IMG/VR virus record: IMGVR_UViG_3300013102_000005
Span: 1 to 64,000 of that record
Origin: a virus
Length of the DNA stretch: 64,000 bases
Direction: 5' to 3' (one strand)
Shown: piece by piece, positions 50,062 through 59,538 of the stretch
How positions within the stretch are numbered: the stretch's first letter is position 1
Layout: each line of letters starts with the position of its first letter
Notes under the pieces: generated by a model
What the model was told of the DNA's origin: nothing
Seen by the model: the letters and a program-made list of their open reading frames with translations, nothing else
The model's database searches: none
Translations under genes and position numbers: made by a program

Positions 50062-51900
50062 CTATAGCAAATCGAACTGAGCGACAGTGGGCTGCACGGG
50101 TGCCGGCACGGCCTTTTCCGGGCGGGGCAGTACCGGGCGGGCAGGTTCAGACGCCGCCACCTCGGGCAACGCCTCGCCCTGGGCCACCAGATAGCGCCGC
50201 GCCAGGTGCTTGAGCTGGTTCTCACCAAGGTCGGCTCGCTCGACCAGATGCTGGCCAGGGTTGCGCACGCCCTCGATCTGCTCACGCTTCACGCCCAGGA
50301 CCTCGCACATGATCGGGTCGGTGCCGTCACTGGAGAGCGGGAAGAACGCTTGCACGGGCCGCTGCTGGCCATCGCGGTGGACTCGGCCAATGTTCTGCTC
50401 GATCACACCTGGCGACCAGTCCAGCTCGGCATGCACTGTGGTCGCGCACACGTGCTGTAGCCCATCGACGCCGGCGCCGGCGCGAACCGAGATCAGCATT
50501 ACCCGTGCCTGGCCAGCCACGAAGGCGTCCTTGGCGGCCTGCTTCTGATTGGGCGACTCGCTGCCCGTGTAGAGCACAGGGCTGTAGGTGGCCAGCGCCT
50601 CCTGGAGGATCGAATAGACCTCCCGGTGCCAGGCGAAGACCAGCACCTGCTCGCCCTGCTCCAGCAGCATGCGGGTGAACTCCGCCACGAAGGGCGCCTT
50701 CGCCACACCGGTGGCCTGGCGCATCAGCCGGTCGAACTCGCCGGCGGCCTGCATATGCTCGCCCCGGTAGCGCTCGTTCGCATCCAGGATCGTCTTGGCC
50801 AACTCCACCGCGTCGGTCTTCACCCGGCGCAGCACGCCCTCGTCGTGCTCGATCTCGTGGGTGATCTTGGTCAGCTCGGGCAGCTCGCGACCGACCTCCT
50901 CGCGGGTGCGGCGTAGCATGATCCCCTCGCGGCGCAGGTACTCGCCGAACATTTCGGCATCAGCCAGGCGGGGCTTGTCGTCGCCATAGTCGCGCACGCA
51001 CCACTCGCGCAGGAACTCGTCCCGGTCGCCCAGGCAGTCCGGCAGGATCACGTCGATGACGTTCCAGAACTCGCCGCCGTAGTTGTAGATGGGGGTCGCG
51101 GACAGGCCCATGCAGTACCGGGCGTGGGCGCGCAGGTGCTTGGCCGCCGTGTAGATCTCGGTGCCGGAGCTGCGCAGCTGCTGGCACTCTTCAAAGACCA
51201 CGTACTGCACCAGCTCGGCCAGCACCTCGGCCCAGCCGCGTAGCTTGTGATAGCTGATCAGGATCACGTCAGGCAGCGTGTCCCAGAGGTCCGTGCGGCG
51301 CTGACGCGGCTGCTTGATCAGCGGGTAGGGCGAACCCTTGTTCACGTGGTGCACGCGCAACCCAGGGCAGAACTCCGCCAGCTTCTCTGGCCAGTGGTTC
51401 GGCAGCGAGGCAGGGTAGACCACCACCGTGGGCAGATTGCCCGCCAGCGCCATCGCGCACATGGCGGTCACGGTCTTGCCCAGGCCGAGATCGTCGGCGA
51501 CCAGCAGGCCGCCCTTGATCATCATCTGGGCGGCCGCATAGGCCTGGTACTGGCGTTCGGGCTTGGCCAGGCTGAATGCGGGCACTTCGCGCCGGCCAGC
51601 CAGGAGATCGGCCAGGTCCTGCTCGGTGCGCACGTGCTCGGCAGCCAGGCGCTCCATGCGATCGCGGGTGGCCAGGTCCATGGTCATTGGATAGCGCTGG
51701 GTGAACCAGAGCAGCTCGCGGCTGTTCTCGGCGCTGGCCAGCAAGGGCAGGGTATTGGCGGCATGCTGCGGCGCGCGGGGGAAGACCCGCTTGAGCCTGG
51801 CGCGAACCTGGGGGTCGGCGGAGACGATCCAGCTGCGGCCGTCGAAGGCGATCGAGCCGAACGCGCGGACAGTGAGGGCCTGGGGTAGGGCTGCGGTCAC
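50062..51900 (-). CDS. SNF2-family helicase/ATPase
   Basis: ADDLGLGKT, FEECQ, LSATP, GAGVDGLQ, QNIGRVHRDGQ. Confidence 0.9.
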   Translation of the reverse strand: MTAALPQALTVRAFGSIAFDGRSWIVSADPQVRARLKRVFPRAPQHAANTLPLLASAENSRELLWFTQRYPMTMDLATRDRMERLAAEHVRTEQDLADLLAGRREVPAFSLAKPERQYQAYAAAQMMIKGGLLVADDLGLGKTVTAMCAMALAGNLPTVVVYPASLPNHWPEKLAEFCPGLRVHHVNKGSPYPLIKQPRQRRTDLWDTLPDVILISYHKLRGWAEVLAELVQYVVFEECQQLRSSGTEIYTAAKHLRAHARYCMGLSATPIYNYGGEFWNVIDVILPDCLGDRDEFLREWCVRDYGDDKPRLADAEMFGEYLRREGIMLRRTREEVGRELPELTKITHEIEHDEGVLRRVKTDAVELAKTILDANERYRGEHMQAAGEFDRLMRQATGVAKAPFVAEFTRMLLEQGEQVLVFAWHREVYSILQEALATYSPVLYTGSESPNQKQAAKDAFVAGQARVMLISVRAGAGVDGLQHVCATTVHAELDWSPGVIEQNIGRVHRDGQQRPVQAFFPLSSDGTDPIMCEVLGVKREQIEGVRNPGQHLVERADLGENQLKHLARRYLVAQGEALPEVAASEPARPVLPRPEKAVPAPVQPTVAQFDLL

Positions 51901-54398
51901 AATTGCTCTCCTATGGTTGCCCAGCGTCGCCTAGCGGCCTCTCTATCGCGCTCACGCTCCTGGTGCTGACGCTCGATGTCGGCCAGGACCTCTGGCAGGG
52001 CCGCCAGCACGTGGCGCGCCGTGGGCAACCGGCGCAGATAGACTATCTGCTGCTCGACGTAGCCGGTTTCCGGGCATTCCGCGCCCTCGATGAAGGCCAT
52101 GAAATGGCTCTCCACACGATCATGCAGCGAGCACCATGCGGTCTGCTCCGACCATTCGGACTCGTAGCCGCCGCTCATGCAGCCCACCATCACGGTTCCT
52201 GGCCAGGGGCTCAGGTAGTCGCGATTCTGGACGATCATGCCTTCACCCTTGCGGGGCCGGGTATGGATGGCGCCATAGCGAGGCTTTTCGTCCCATCGGT
52301 GGCAGCGCCGGCGGCACCAGTGCTTTCGCTCGTTGATGTAGGTCTGCATTTCGTTATCGCCCTCAGCGAGGAACTGCCCCCGCGTGTCGTCCAGCGCCTC
52401 CAGGAACGGGGCGGCGCGCTTCGACAGCTTCTTGAGGATGCGTAGGTTCATGGCTCGCAGTGCTCCCGGTACTGGGTCGTGATCCGGCGGGCGATAGCGT
52501 CCAGGCGCTCGGCCATCCCGTAGGTGTCATTGTTGTCGTGGCGCGAGATCACGCCGGAGCGGCTCACGTTGCGGCTGCGCAAGATGCAAGCGGCTAGCTG
52601 GAGTAGCAGCGCCTCTAGTTGGCGGCGGCGCCAGCCGGCATGAGGGATCAAGCGAAGTAGGGTCATCCCTGTCCCTCCTGGTTGCAGATGCAGACGGCAT
52701 AGCTGTCTTCGGCATCTTCATCATCGACAGCAGCATTGACGGGGCCGATGCTGGCGAGCGCCTTTTTAGTTGCTTCGGGATTGGCCTCGCGCGCAATACG
52801 CACGCCAGCAGCCCACAGATCCACGCCGGTGCCCGAGCCCCACAGCGTTGCCCAGGAGCTCGTGCTCTCGGCATTCTCCTTGGCACTCATCAGGTACTGC
52901 TCTGTGTTGCAGCCAGGGCAAGGATCGCTATGGTCGCGCGGGTCGTATCCGTCTTTGTCGGCATCCCACAGGTAGCCATCGCCTCGGCACTCAACGGTGC
53001 CGCGCTGATAGTCACAGCGGCTCATGACTTGAGCCCCCCGTGAGCAGCGGTAGGCTGGGGCTTATATCCGCTGTGAATGTCCCCATCGTAGTCAAGGACG
53101 AAAGGCTCTTCCGGCAGCTCACCGATGATGTACCGAACTTTGTCAGCCTCGTAGCGAACACGGTCCGGGTACTCGGATCGAGCAATGGTGATGCACGCAC
53201 CGTCGCCGAGAGGCTCGTTTTTACGGTGCAGGATTGCAGTCCAGTTGGTCCTACCGTTCGATTCAGGCATCGCGCCATACCAAACCGCCAGCGCTACCGG
53301 CTCCGTAGTGGAAGGCTGGGCAATCGCATCCTCGCCGGCCTGGGTCATCATCCACCGTGCCGGGCTGCGCTGGACTCGCGCCAGCAGGCCCAGCTGGGTC
53401 AGCAGGTCGAAGCGGGCGCGCTCCAGGTTCACGTCGTTGTTGTCCTCGACGCACTCCGCAAAGCGGCGCAGGTCCGCAAGGATCTCTTCCATGAAGGGCT
53501 GACTACGCATGGTCGGCACCTCGCACAGCACCCTGGGTTGTGTAGAGCGGGTATTCGCCAGCCGGCAGCGTTGTGTGCAGTCCATTCGGCCACTCGATAC
53601 CCACCTGGGTGCTACGACCCCGAACCTCCACAGTCAGGTGCGCGACAGGCTCTGGGTGGACGAACACGGCGGGCTCGCTATGACTGGCGAGGAGTGCGTC
53701 AATCTCTTCACGCAGCTCGCTGGTGATCGTCCTGCCGACCTGGGTGACGACGCGATCCAGCAGACCCTCAGCCTCAGCTAACCGGCCTTGCAAGGCCGTC
53801 AGCCGCGCATAAGGGTTGGCGCCCAGGAGATCGCAGATGCGCCCTTCGAGATCCTCGACACGGGCCTTCTTTCGATCGCGATCAGCCATCAGCTCAGCCA
53901 GGCGGTCTCGCTCTGCCTTACCAATCTCATAGAAGCGCCAGGCCCAGTGTCCCTCGGGCGGCTCCTGGCCGTCCTGGAAGCCTCGCATCATGGCCCCTAT
54001 GGCCACGTCGATCAGGTCGTCCTTGTAGAGGTTGTCCCCATCGACTCCCAGCCCCTGCTTACGCAGCGCGGTCAGCTGCTCGTTCATAGCTGCTTGGTCG
54101 TTCACGCTCATGATCATTCCTTCGTTCAGGTGGATTAGCGGGTAACGCCGTGGGCGCGGTACTGCGCTATGACGCCGTCCAGTACGTCACTAGGGCCGAA
54201 CTCTGCGATGTTGTTCCGGCAATCCTTGGGAGTCATCCAAAGCCAGTTGACCTGCTCACCGCCCAGGAAGATGGCCACCTTGGCTGCTGCGGCCCCGCGC
54301 ATCATGCGCTGGGTGTTGAACTCGATCAGCGTGAAAGTCACGGTGTCGCCGGAATGGCCAGGCGCGGGTGCAACTTGGTCTGCGGTACTCATCGTCAT
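51897..54398 (-). CDS. Run of coupled hypothetical ORFs (54135-54398, 53503-54117, 53022-53510, 52663-53025, 52448-52666, 51897-52451)
   Basis: ATGA-type overlaps; phage-like codon usage. Confidence 0.55.
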
Positions 54399-54401
54399 GT
54401 C

Positions 54402-54899
54402 CTACTGGATGGGGAAGGGAATCAGCGGTGTGGAGTAGCCCAACATCAGGGGGTGAGCAGGATCGCCTCCCTTGGTGAGCCCAAAGGTGAGAACCGGTTT
54501 GCCGGTGGCCAGTAGCATGGCCAGCACGGTCGCGAGGCGCGCATGCAGCTCAAGGGGAAGCTTTCCCCTGGCGCCCCAGCAGGGCACCAGCACGTCCGCC
54601 GCTGCGGCGATGGCAGCCAGGTGCTGATCGTTTTCAGGCCCCACCGGATCGACAGCTAGTGCCAGGGCGCCAACGTCGGTCGCGCGGTAGGCGAAGGCAT
54701 TACCTACCAGGAAGCGGCTGGAGCCATAGATCCGCGAAAAGCCCCGCCACTTGCGCACGGTGGCATCGTCCATTTCGGCGTCGGCCGTGGAGGGGTTCAC
54801 CCCGAAATAGGCGATGACCTCGCCACCGAGCGGCAGGTCGTGCACATCACGCTCAAGGCGATAGCGGTAGGTGGCGCAGGGACTGAGGACCGCGCTCAT
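54402..54899 (-). CDS. DUF1643 domain protein
   Basis: YRYRLER, GVNPSTAD...DDATV, NAFAYRATD, PCWG, PAHPL. Confidence 0.9.
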   Translation of the reverse strand: MSAVLSPCATYRYRLERDVHDLPLGGEVIAYFGVNPSTADAEMDDATVRKWRGFSRIYGSSRFLVGNAFAYRATDVGALALAVDPVGPENDQHLAAIAAAADVLVPCWGARGKLPLELHARLATVLAMLLATGKPVLTFGLTKGGDPAHPLMLGYSTPLIPFPIQ

Positions 54900-55563
54900 C
54901 GACGGCCTCGCTTGCCAGGGCCACGACCGTGAGCCATCCAGCCGGCGTCGGCGACTTCATTGCCCAGCTCGGCGATCAGCTCGTCTATGCGGTCGCCGAT
55001 TGCCGGGACGAGGTCACTAACCGTTGCGCTCGGGATCACGAGGCTGTGGGTCGTCTTTTCACCGGAAGGCAGCTGAACCCAGACGGTGACGTCCCAGCGA
55101 CTGGGGCGCGGCGAGGGGGTGCCTTTGACCGTCGCGACTGAACGCCCGACGTGATGGGAGACGGTGCAGGTCATGCGGCACCTCGCGCCCAGCGGCGGGC
55201 GTTGTATGGGTCGGGCTTGAACTCCAGGGCGACGCCCCGAACGGCCAGCGCCTTGACCAGCGCGCAACCGTCGCCGTAGCCAATCACCTTGGCCACCTGG
55301 ATGAGGGTGTGAGTGGGCGCCAGTCGGCGGGCGGTGGTCACGACAGTCTCGCCACTGGTGCGAACCCAGTTCTGCGCCACCCAGCGGCTGGAGAAAGGGG
55401 ATTGATCGCCCAGGCGATGGATATAGGCGCGCAGCGCCTCACGGCCGACGCCCATGATCTCGGCGCACTGGCGGATGCTGTGGCCCCGCTTGGCGAGCAG
55501 CACCAGCTGCGGGTAGCTGACAGGGGGCGTGGCGCCAGGGCGGCGCGGAATGCTGGTGCTCAT
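54896..55563 (-). CDS. Two hypothetical ORFs (55171-55563 with HTH-like segments; 54896-55174)
   Basis: Coupled ORFs. Confidence 0.5.
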
Positions 55564-55985
55564 AGCGCCTGGCGCTCCAGCCGGCACATGCGCAGGGCTC
55601 CGGCCAGGTAGGCGGGCAGCTCGTGGATGCCCTCCAGCGCCCAGGTGGGCGTGCCGGCCAGCAGAACACCGGACACCTGCGGCAGCTTGAGATACCGATG
55701 TACCTGGCGCAGCGCCTGGGCCAGCGAGCCGTCTACCTTGACCTCGATCACCAGGCCGGACTCTTCCAGGAAGAAGTCGGCGCGGTTCTGCGCGTCCAGG
55801 ATGTGCTCGTGCCGATAGGCGACCTGGTAGGTACTCAGCACGTCGGCGAGCCGCTCGTGGAGCTGCTGCTCACTGCCGTAGCGGTAGCGGTACTGAGTGA
55901 GAATCCGCGCGATCAGCAGCAGGGCGCCCGAAACATCCGGCTTCTGCTGCTCGACATCGCAGGCGGTAGGCAAAGGGAGAGGCAT
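55560..55985 (-). CDS. PD-(D/E)xK restriction-endonuclease-fold protein
   Basis: E..L..RADFF....VIEVK....ALRQVHRY; first gene after the 56.07 kb promoter. Confidence 0.7.
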   Translation of the reverse strand: MPLPLPTACDVEQQKPDVSGALLLIARILTQYRYRYGSEQQLHERLADVLSTYQVAYRHEHILDAQNRADFFLEESGLVIEVKVDGSLAQALRQVHRYLKLPQVSGVLLAGTPTWALEGIHELPAYLAGALRMCRLERQAL

Positions 55986-56036
55986 TGTAGGCACCCGAAA
56001 GACGAAGAAACTTCGGTAAAACGCCAGGGTTTGGCC

Positions 56037-56082
56037 GAAGTATTTTCGCATCAGGTGATACAGTTAACAATAGCAGATGCTA
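56037..56082 (-). promoter_or_regulatory. Early promoter: operator TAGCA-GA-TGCTA, extended -10 TGCTATTGT, conserved leader
   Basis: Operator 56071-56082; leader 56037-56061. Confidence 0.8.
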
Positions 56083-56239
56083 CAATTTTAGGGCTTCCTT
56101 TCCCATCCTGCTGGCCCGTGCGTCGGGATCCTGAACGGTCAGACGCCAGCAACGGCGGCCTATTGCGCGATCTACCCCCTACCCGCTACCCATGCACAGG
56201 GTGATAGCCGTTTGCTGCGCCTACGGGCCGCTCCGTTCG

Positions 56240-57166
56240 CTACAGGTTGCGCCGAGGGGCAGCGGCACCGGTGAATTTAGCCCGGTTGGCCTCCGCCTGC
56301 TTCATCGAACGCTCATACAGGGCATCCAGCTCGGCCGCGCTCACCAGATTGACCACGGTCTCCTGGCGCTCGTCGTACAGGCGCAGAATCTTCATCAGGG
56401 TCTCACGGGCCCGTTCCTGGTTGTGCACCATCAGCTCCAGACCTTCCTTGGTGCGCTTCACGCCGGCATACAGTGCCTGAGCGGACGGAGACAGGTTGCG
56501 CGTGTCCTTGAACACCTCGCGCTCGATGCCTTCGCCGTAGCACTCCGGGCAGCTCTCGACCGGCTCCTTGCGTGGATCGTAGCCCGTCCCGCCCTCGGGA
56601 TCGGGTTCGGGCGGTAGGTCAGCGTCGCTGGCGTCAGGGTTGCGCTCCAGGGCCTTGCGCAGGTCCTCCTCCCACTTGCGCTGCCGGTTGCGCCACTCGC
56701 CTGGCTTGTACTGATACAGGTGATCCTCCCCGTAGCAGAAGCGGCAGCACTCCCGGCGCATCTCCATGAGTTCGTTCGGGTCAGCGAACGCAACGGCCAC
56801 CAGCTGCTCTAGCACGCGCGTCTGGAGGTCTTCGCTCTTCTCGAACAGGACCTTGATGCGTAGCGCCATCAGCGCCCGGACCTTAGCGGAATTTAGCAGG
56901 CGATGCGCACTCGCACATGCCCCGCCGGTGCTCTGGACGTTGTAGACCGCCATGTAGGCCTTGGTCTGGTTGTAGGTCCGCAGGTACTCATCCACGAACT
57001 GGACGTGTTGCGGATCCATGCCAGAGACCAGCTCATCCTCAGCGGACAGCTTGGGATCGAGCACCACGGGAGCAGGCGCCTCCTCCTTGGCCGTAGCCTT
57101 GGATCGAGGAGGACGCTTGGGCTTGGCCTTGGGAGCTGGCTTATCCGCCTTGGGCTTGGGAGCCAT
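56240..57166 (-). CDS. Terminase small subunit with zinc-binding insert
   Basis: FVDEYLRTYNQTKAY...ASAHRLL TerS HTH; CRFC...CPEC; LYAGVKRTKEG. Confidence 0.8.
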   Translation of the reverse strand: MAPKPKADKPAPKAKPKRPPRSKATAKEEAPAPVVLDPKLSAEDELVSGMDPQHVQFVDEYLRTYNQTKAYMAVYNVQSTGGACASAHRLLNSAKVRALMALRIKVLFEKSEDLQTRVLEQLVAVAFADPNELMEMRRECCRFCYGEDHLYQYKPGEWRNRQRKWEEDLRKALERNPDASDADLPPEPDPEGGTGYDPRKEPVESCPECYGEGIEREVFKDTRNLSPSAQALYAGVKRTKEGLELMVHNQERARETLMKILRLYDERQETVVNLVSAAELDALYERSMKQAEANRAKFTGAAAPRRNL

Positions 57167-57287
57167 AGGGAGAACCTTGCAGGAATGAGAGGAACACGAC
57201 CACGGAGCGCCCTGCTGATCGAGCAATGGGAACCGTAGGCGATGCGGGGTATCGAGCCTTGCCGACTAGGGCAGGTATGTGAGCACC

Positions 57288-57330
57288 AGGGTATGAGGTG
57301 CTACGGGACGAAGCGGAGGGGGCTTTCCGA
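57288..57330 (-). promoter_or_regulatory. Late promoter element TCGGAAA-N30-TACCCT
   Basis: TTTCCGA 57324-57330; agggta 57288-57293. Confidence 0.8.
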
Positions 57331-57355
57331 AAGGGATCGCCCTATAGGGGTGGTA

Positions 57356-57892
57356 TTACCGGTGACGCTTGGACAGGTAGGGATTGGGGAGGCGGTAGAC
57401 GGCGCGCTCGACCAGGCCGGCCCAGAACAGGGTGGCGGCACTCAGGGACACGGAGAGGCTGTAGGCACCGGCCAGGGCGGCAGTGCAGGCCTCATGACCG
57501 GTTACCGCTGTCAGGCCGAAGTAGACCAGGGCGGCGCAAGCATACAGGGCGCGACGGGCCCAGCGCTTCCAGCGTACCGACATGCCGAGGCGGTTGCGCA
57601 GCTCGATGACGTCGCCCTCCCGCATGGTCATGCGCATATTGCCGCCGGCGGTGACCTTCACGCCCTTGTAGAGGAAGGCAGTACCCTCCCGTAGCTGGAT
57701 GTCCACAAGGGTGTGCGGCTGTACGGCCATATCGGCCCGGCGGGTGGTCAGCCAGGCGCGCAGGCGGTTGGGGCGAGGTGGCAGCTTGCGGCTCTCTTCG
57801 GCCTCACGGCAACCCAGGCACCAGATCAGGTGGCCACCGATCTCGTCGTAGCGGCACTCGCAGGTCTGGGGGATACGAGGCTCACACGTCAT
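57356..57892 (-). CDS. Hypothetical membrane protein
   Basis: N-terminal Cys pairs, two C-terminal TM segments. Confidence 0.5.
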   Translation of the reverse strand: MTCEPRIPQTCECRYDEIGGHLIWCLGCREAEESRKLPPRPNRLRAWLTTRRADMAVQPHTLVDIQLREGTAFLYKGVKVTAGGNMRMTMREGDVIELRNRLGMSVRWKRWARRALYACAALVYFGLTAVTGHEACTAALAGAYSLSVSLSAATLFWAGLVERAVYRLPNPYLSKRHR

Positions 57893-58060
57893 ACGTCACC
57901 TGGGTGATGGGTGAAACCATGGAAGAAAAACGCATGCTGGACCTCGGTAACGGTTGAATGGGTCCCGGTTACTCCATCCGGGGCGCTCTGGTAGCGGCTT
58001 CGAGGGCACGCTGTGCGCAGCAAGCGACTTGCGGTCGCGGCGCCCGATACCCTGGGCGCG

Positions 58061-58165
58061 TGGTGCAGGTGGCCGGTGCCGTCTCTCCGGCTTGTTGCTC
58101 GTCCCGCTATGGGAGCAACCCCAGGCGGCGGGTTTCAGTGCGCATCGGCCTGCGCATTCACCTGC
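58061..58165 (-). ncRNA. tRNA-like RNA with canonical acceptor stem and encoded ACCA but no canonical anticodon or TPsiC loop
   Basis: GCAGGTG/CACCTGC + A-CCA; TGCGCA-GGCCGA-TGCGCA arm; GCCGG-AGAGACGGCA-CCGGC arm stacked on acceptor. Confidence 0.6.
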
Positions 58166-58263
58166 ATCGGTAGAACGTCCTGCCAGGGCTCACCAGGAAA
58201 AGGTGCGGGCCCTGGCAGGGCGCTCTCCCATGCAGCCCACACTGCCGTGGGTGCAATCGGGGG

Positions 58264-58761
58264 TCAGGCGGCGGCCCGCGCCTCTTGTGCAAGCGGCTGG
58301 CAGAAGTTGCGAGCGACCTGATCCAGGTACTTGGCGCCCACCAGGCCGAGGGTCTCAAAGCCGGCCAGCTCCTCAACGCTGAACTGCACCAAGGAGACGA
58401 GATCCACGACGCCGGCCGGATACAGCACCTGGCGATATTCGTAGGGCACCCGCATATCCAGCAGGGAGGGATTACCGAAATCCACCTCCGGGCCATCCGC
58501 CAGGCACAGGCCATGAGCACGAAGCAGGTTGTGGATGTGTGCAGCGCCCCGGTAGCGGATACCCGGAATGTCGATGAGCTCTTCCAGGCTGGTGCACTGG
58601 AGATCGACGACGGTGAGGATGTTGGCGCGAGCCAGGTCGCTCAGCTGCTTGGTGCAAAGACCCAGGGTGGCCAGGTCGAGCGCGGCGATCAGCGCCCGAT
58701 CAAGATCGGCGACGACGATGGCGGCGGCCAGGGAGGTGGTGCTAACACTGTCTTGGGTCAT
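58264..58761 (-). CDS. Tandem RNA polymerase alpha-CTD-like (HhH) protein
   Basis: Two repeats resembling alpha-CTD: LATLGLCTKQLSDLARANILTVVDL..SLEELIDIPGI..HNLLRAHGLCL and LLDMRVP..LYPAGVVDLVSLVQFSVEELAGFETLG. Confidence 0.7.
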   Translation of the reverse strand: MTQDSVSTTSLAAAIVVADLDRALIAALDLATLGLCTKQLSDLARANILTVVDLQCTSLEELIDIPGIRYRGAAHIHNLLRAHGLCLADGPEVDFGNPSLLDMRVPYEYRQVLYPAGVVDLVSLVQFSVEELAGFETLGLVGAKYLDQVARNFCQPLAQEARAAA

Positions 58762-58855
58762 GGGTTCACGTCTTTGCGTGGCTGTATGGGGGAGGCACCT
58801 GAGCCAGGGGACTCTCCGATACAGCCCGACCGCCGCAGCGGCCAGGCATAGCGCA

Positions 58856-59275
58856 TCAGCGGCGAGCGGCGCGCGGCTTCTTGGGCTTGGTGTCGGGCAC
58901 CTGGGCCGGATCGGTCTTGGCCACCGCCGGGCCGGCATCGGCCAGCAGGGTGTGGCGCGGCAGGCCCTCGGGGGTGACAGCCATGTGACGGCACTTCACG
59001 ACGGTCGCCGGGGATCTCTGGCCAGGAAGGTCTGCAACGTCGTAAACCACCAGCACCAGGTGATCACCCACCTCGGGCAGTACGCCGCCCACGAAGGTGT
59101 CCGCGATCTTGTCGTTCTCGACAGCGACGCCGTGAGGGATGTACTCGGGCTCGGGCTGGCGACTGAGCCAGGATTGCGCCAGCGCGTGGATGGCAGGCGC
59201 CGAGTTCGGGTCTTGCAGCGCGCCATTGAGGGCGTATTGCAGTTGCTGGGGCGTCATGTCTTGCGGCTGATTCAT
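58856..59275 (-). CDS. Hypothetical protein
   Basis: MNQPQDMT start; phage-like codon usage. Confidence 0.55.
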   Translation of the reverse strand: MNQPQDMTPQQLQYALNGALQDPNSAPAIHALAQSWLSRQPEPEYIPHGVAVENDKIADTFVGGVLPEVGDHLVLVVYDVADLPGQRSPATVVKCRHMAVTPEGLPRHTLLADAGPAVAKTDPAQVPDTKPKKPRAARR

Positions 59276-59469
59276 GTCGGTCTCACTGGTCTCGGGTTGC
59301 TGCTGCATGGCTGCATGGGTCAGGACGCCGGCGCCGGTCGCGCTGCGTACTCACCGATGCACCCTTGCGGGGTTCGGGCCGGTTGCCACTCCCGGCGATC
59401 ACCCTCACCAGCGTCGCTGGCCAGGGCATCGGCTTCACCCTGTGCGGCCACTGCCAGCCAGGGAGGTCT

Positions 59470-59538
59470 TGGGCGAGGCGGTGGAGTTGAACCACCGAGT
59501 CGGGATGATGAGTCCCGTCTTGCACCGGCATGCCTCGC
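59470..59538 (-). tRNA. Atypical tRNA(CAT) with shrunken D-arm
   Basis: GCGAGGC/GCCTCGC acceptor; CGGGA-CTCATCA-TCCCG anticodon arm; GGTGG-TTCAACT-CCACC T-arm; followed by CCA. Confidence 0.7.

Noticed and set aside
56099-56105. TTTCCCA resembling the late heptamer
   Set aside because: No -10-like hexamer at the 30-nt spacing; the same applies to copies at 3547 and 52067
57000-57230. P1-type pac site (GATC hexamer array) in terS
   Set aside because: Only scattered GATC sites, no regular array
59380-59468. Possible HDV/theta or hammerhead ribozyme next to the tRNA
   Set aside because: Could not map the catalytic core or nested pseudoknot by eye; needs a covariance-model search
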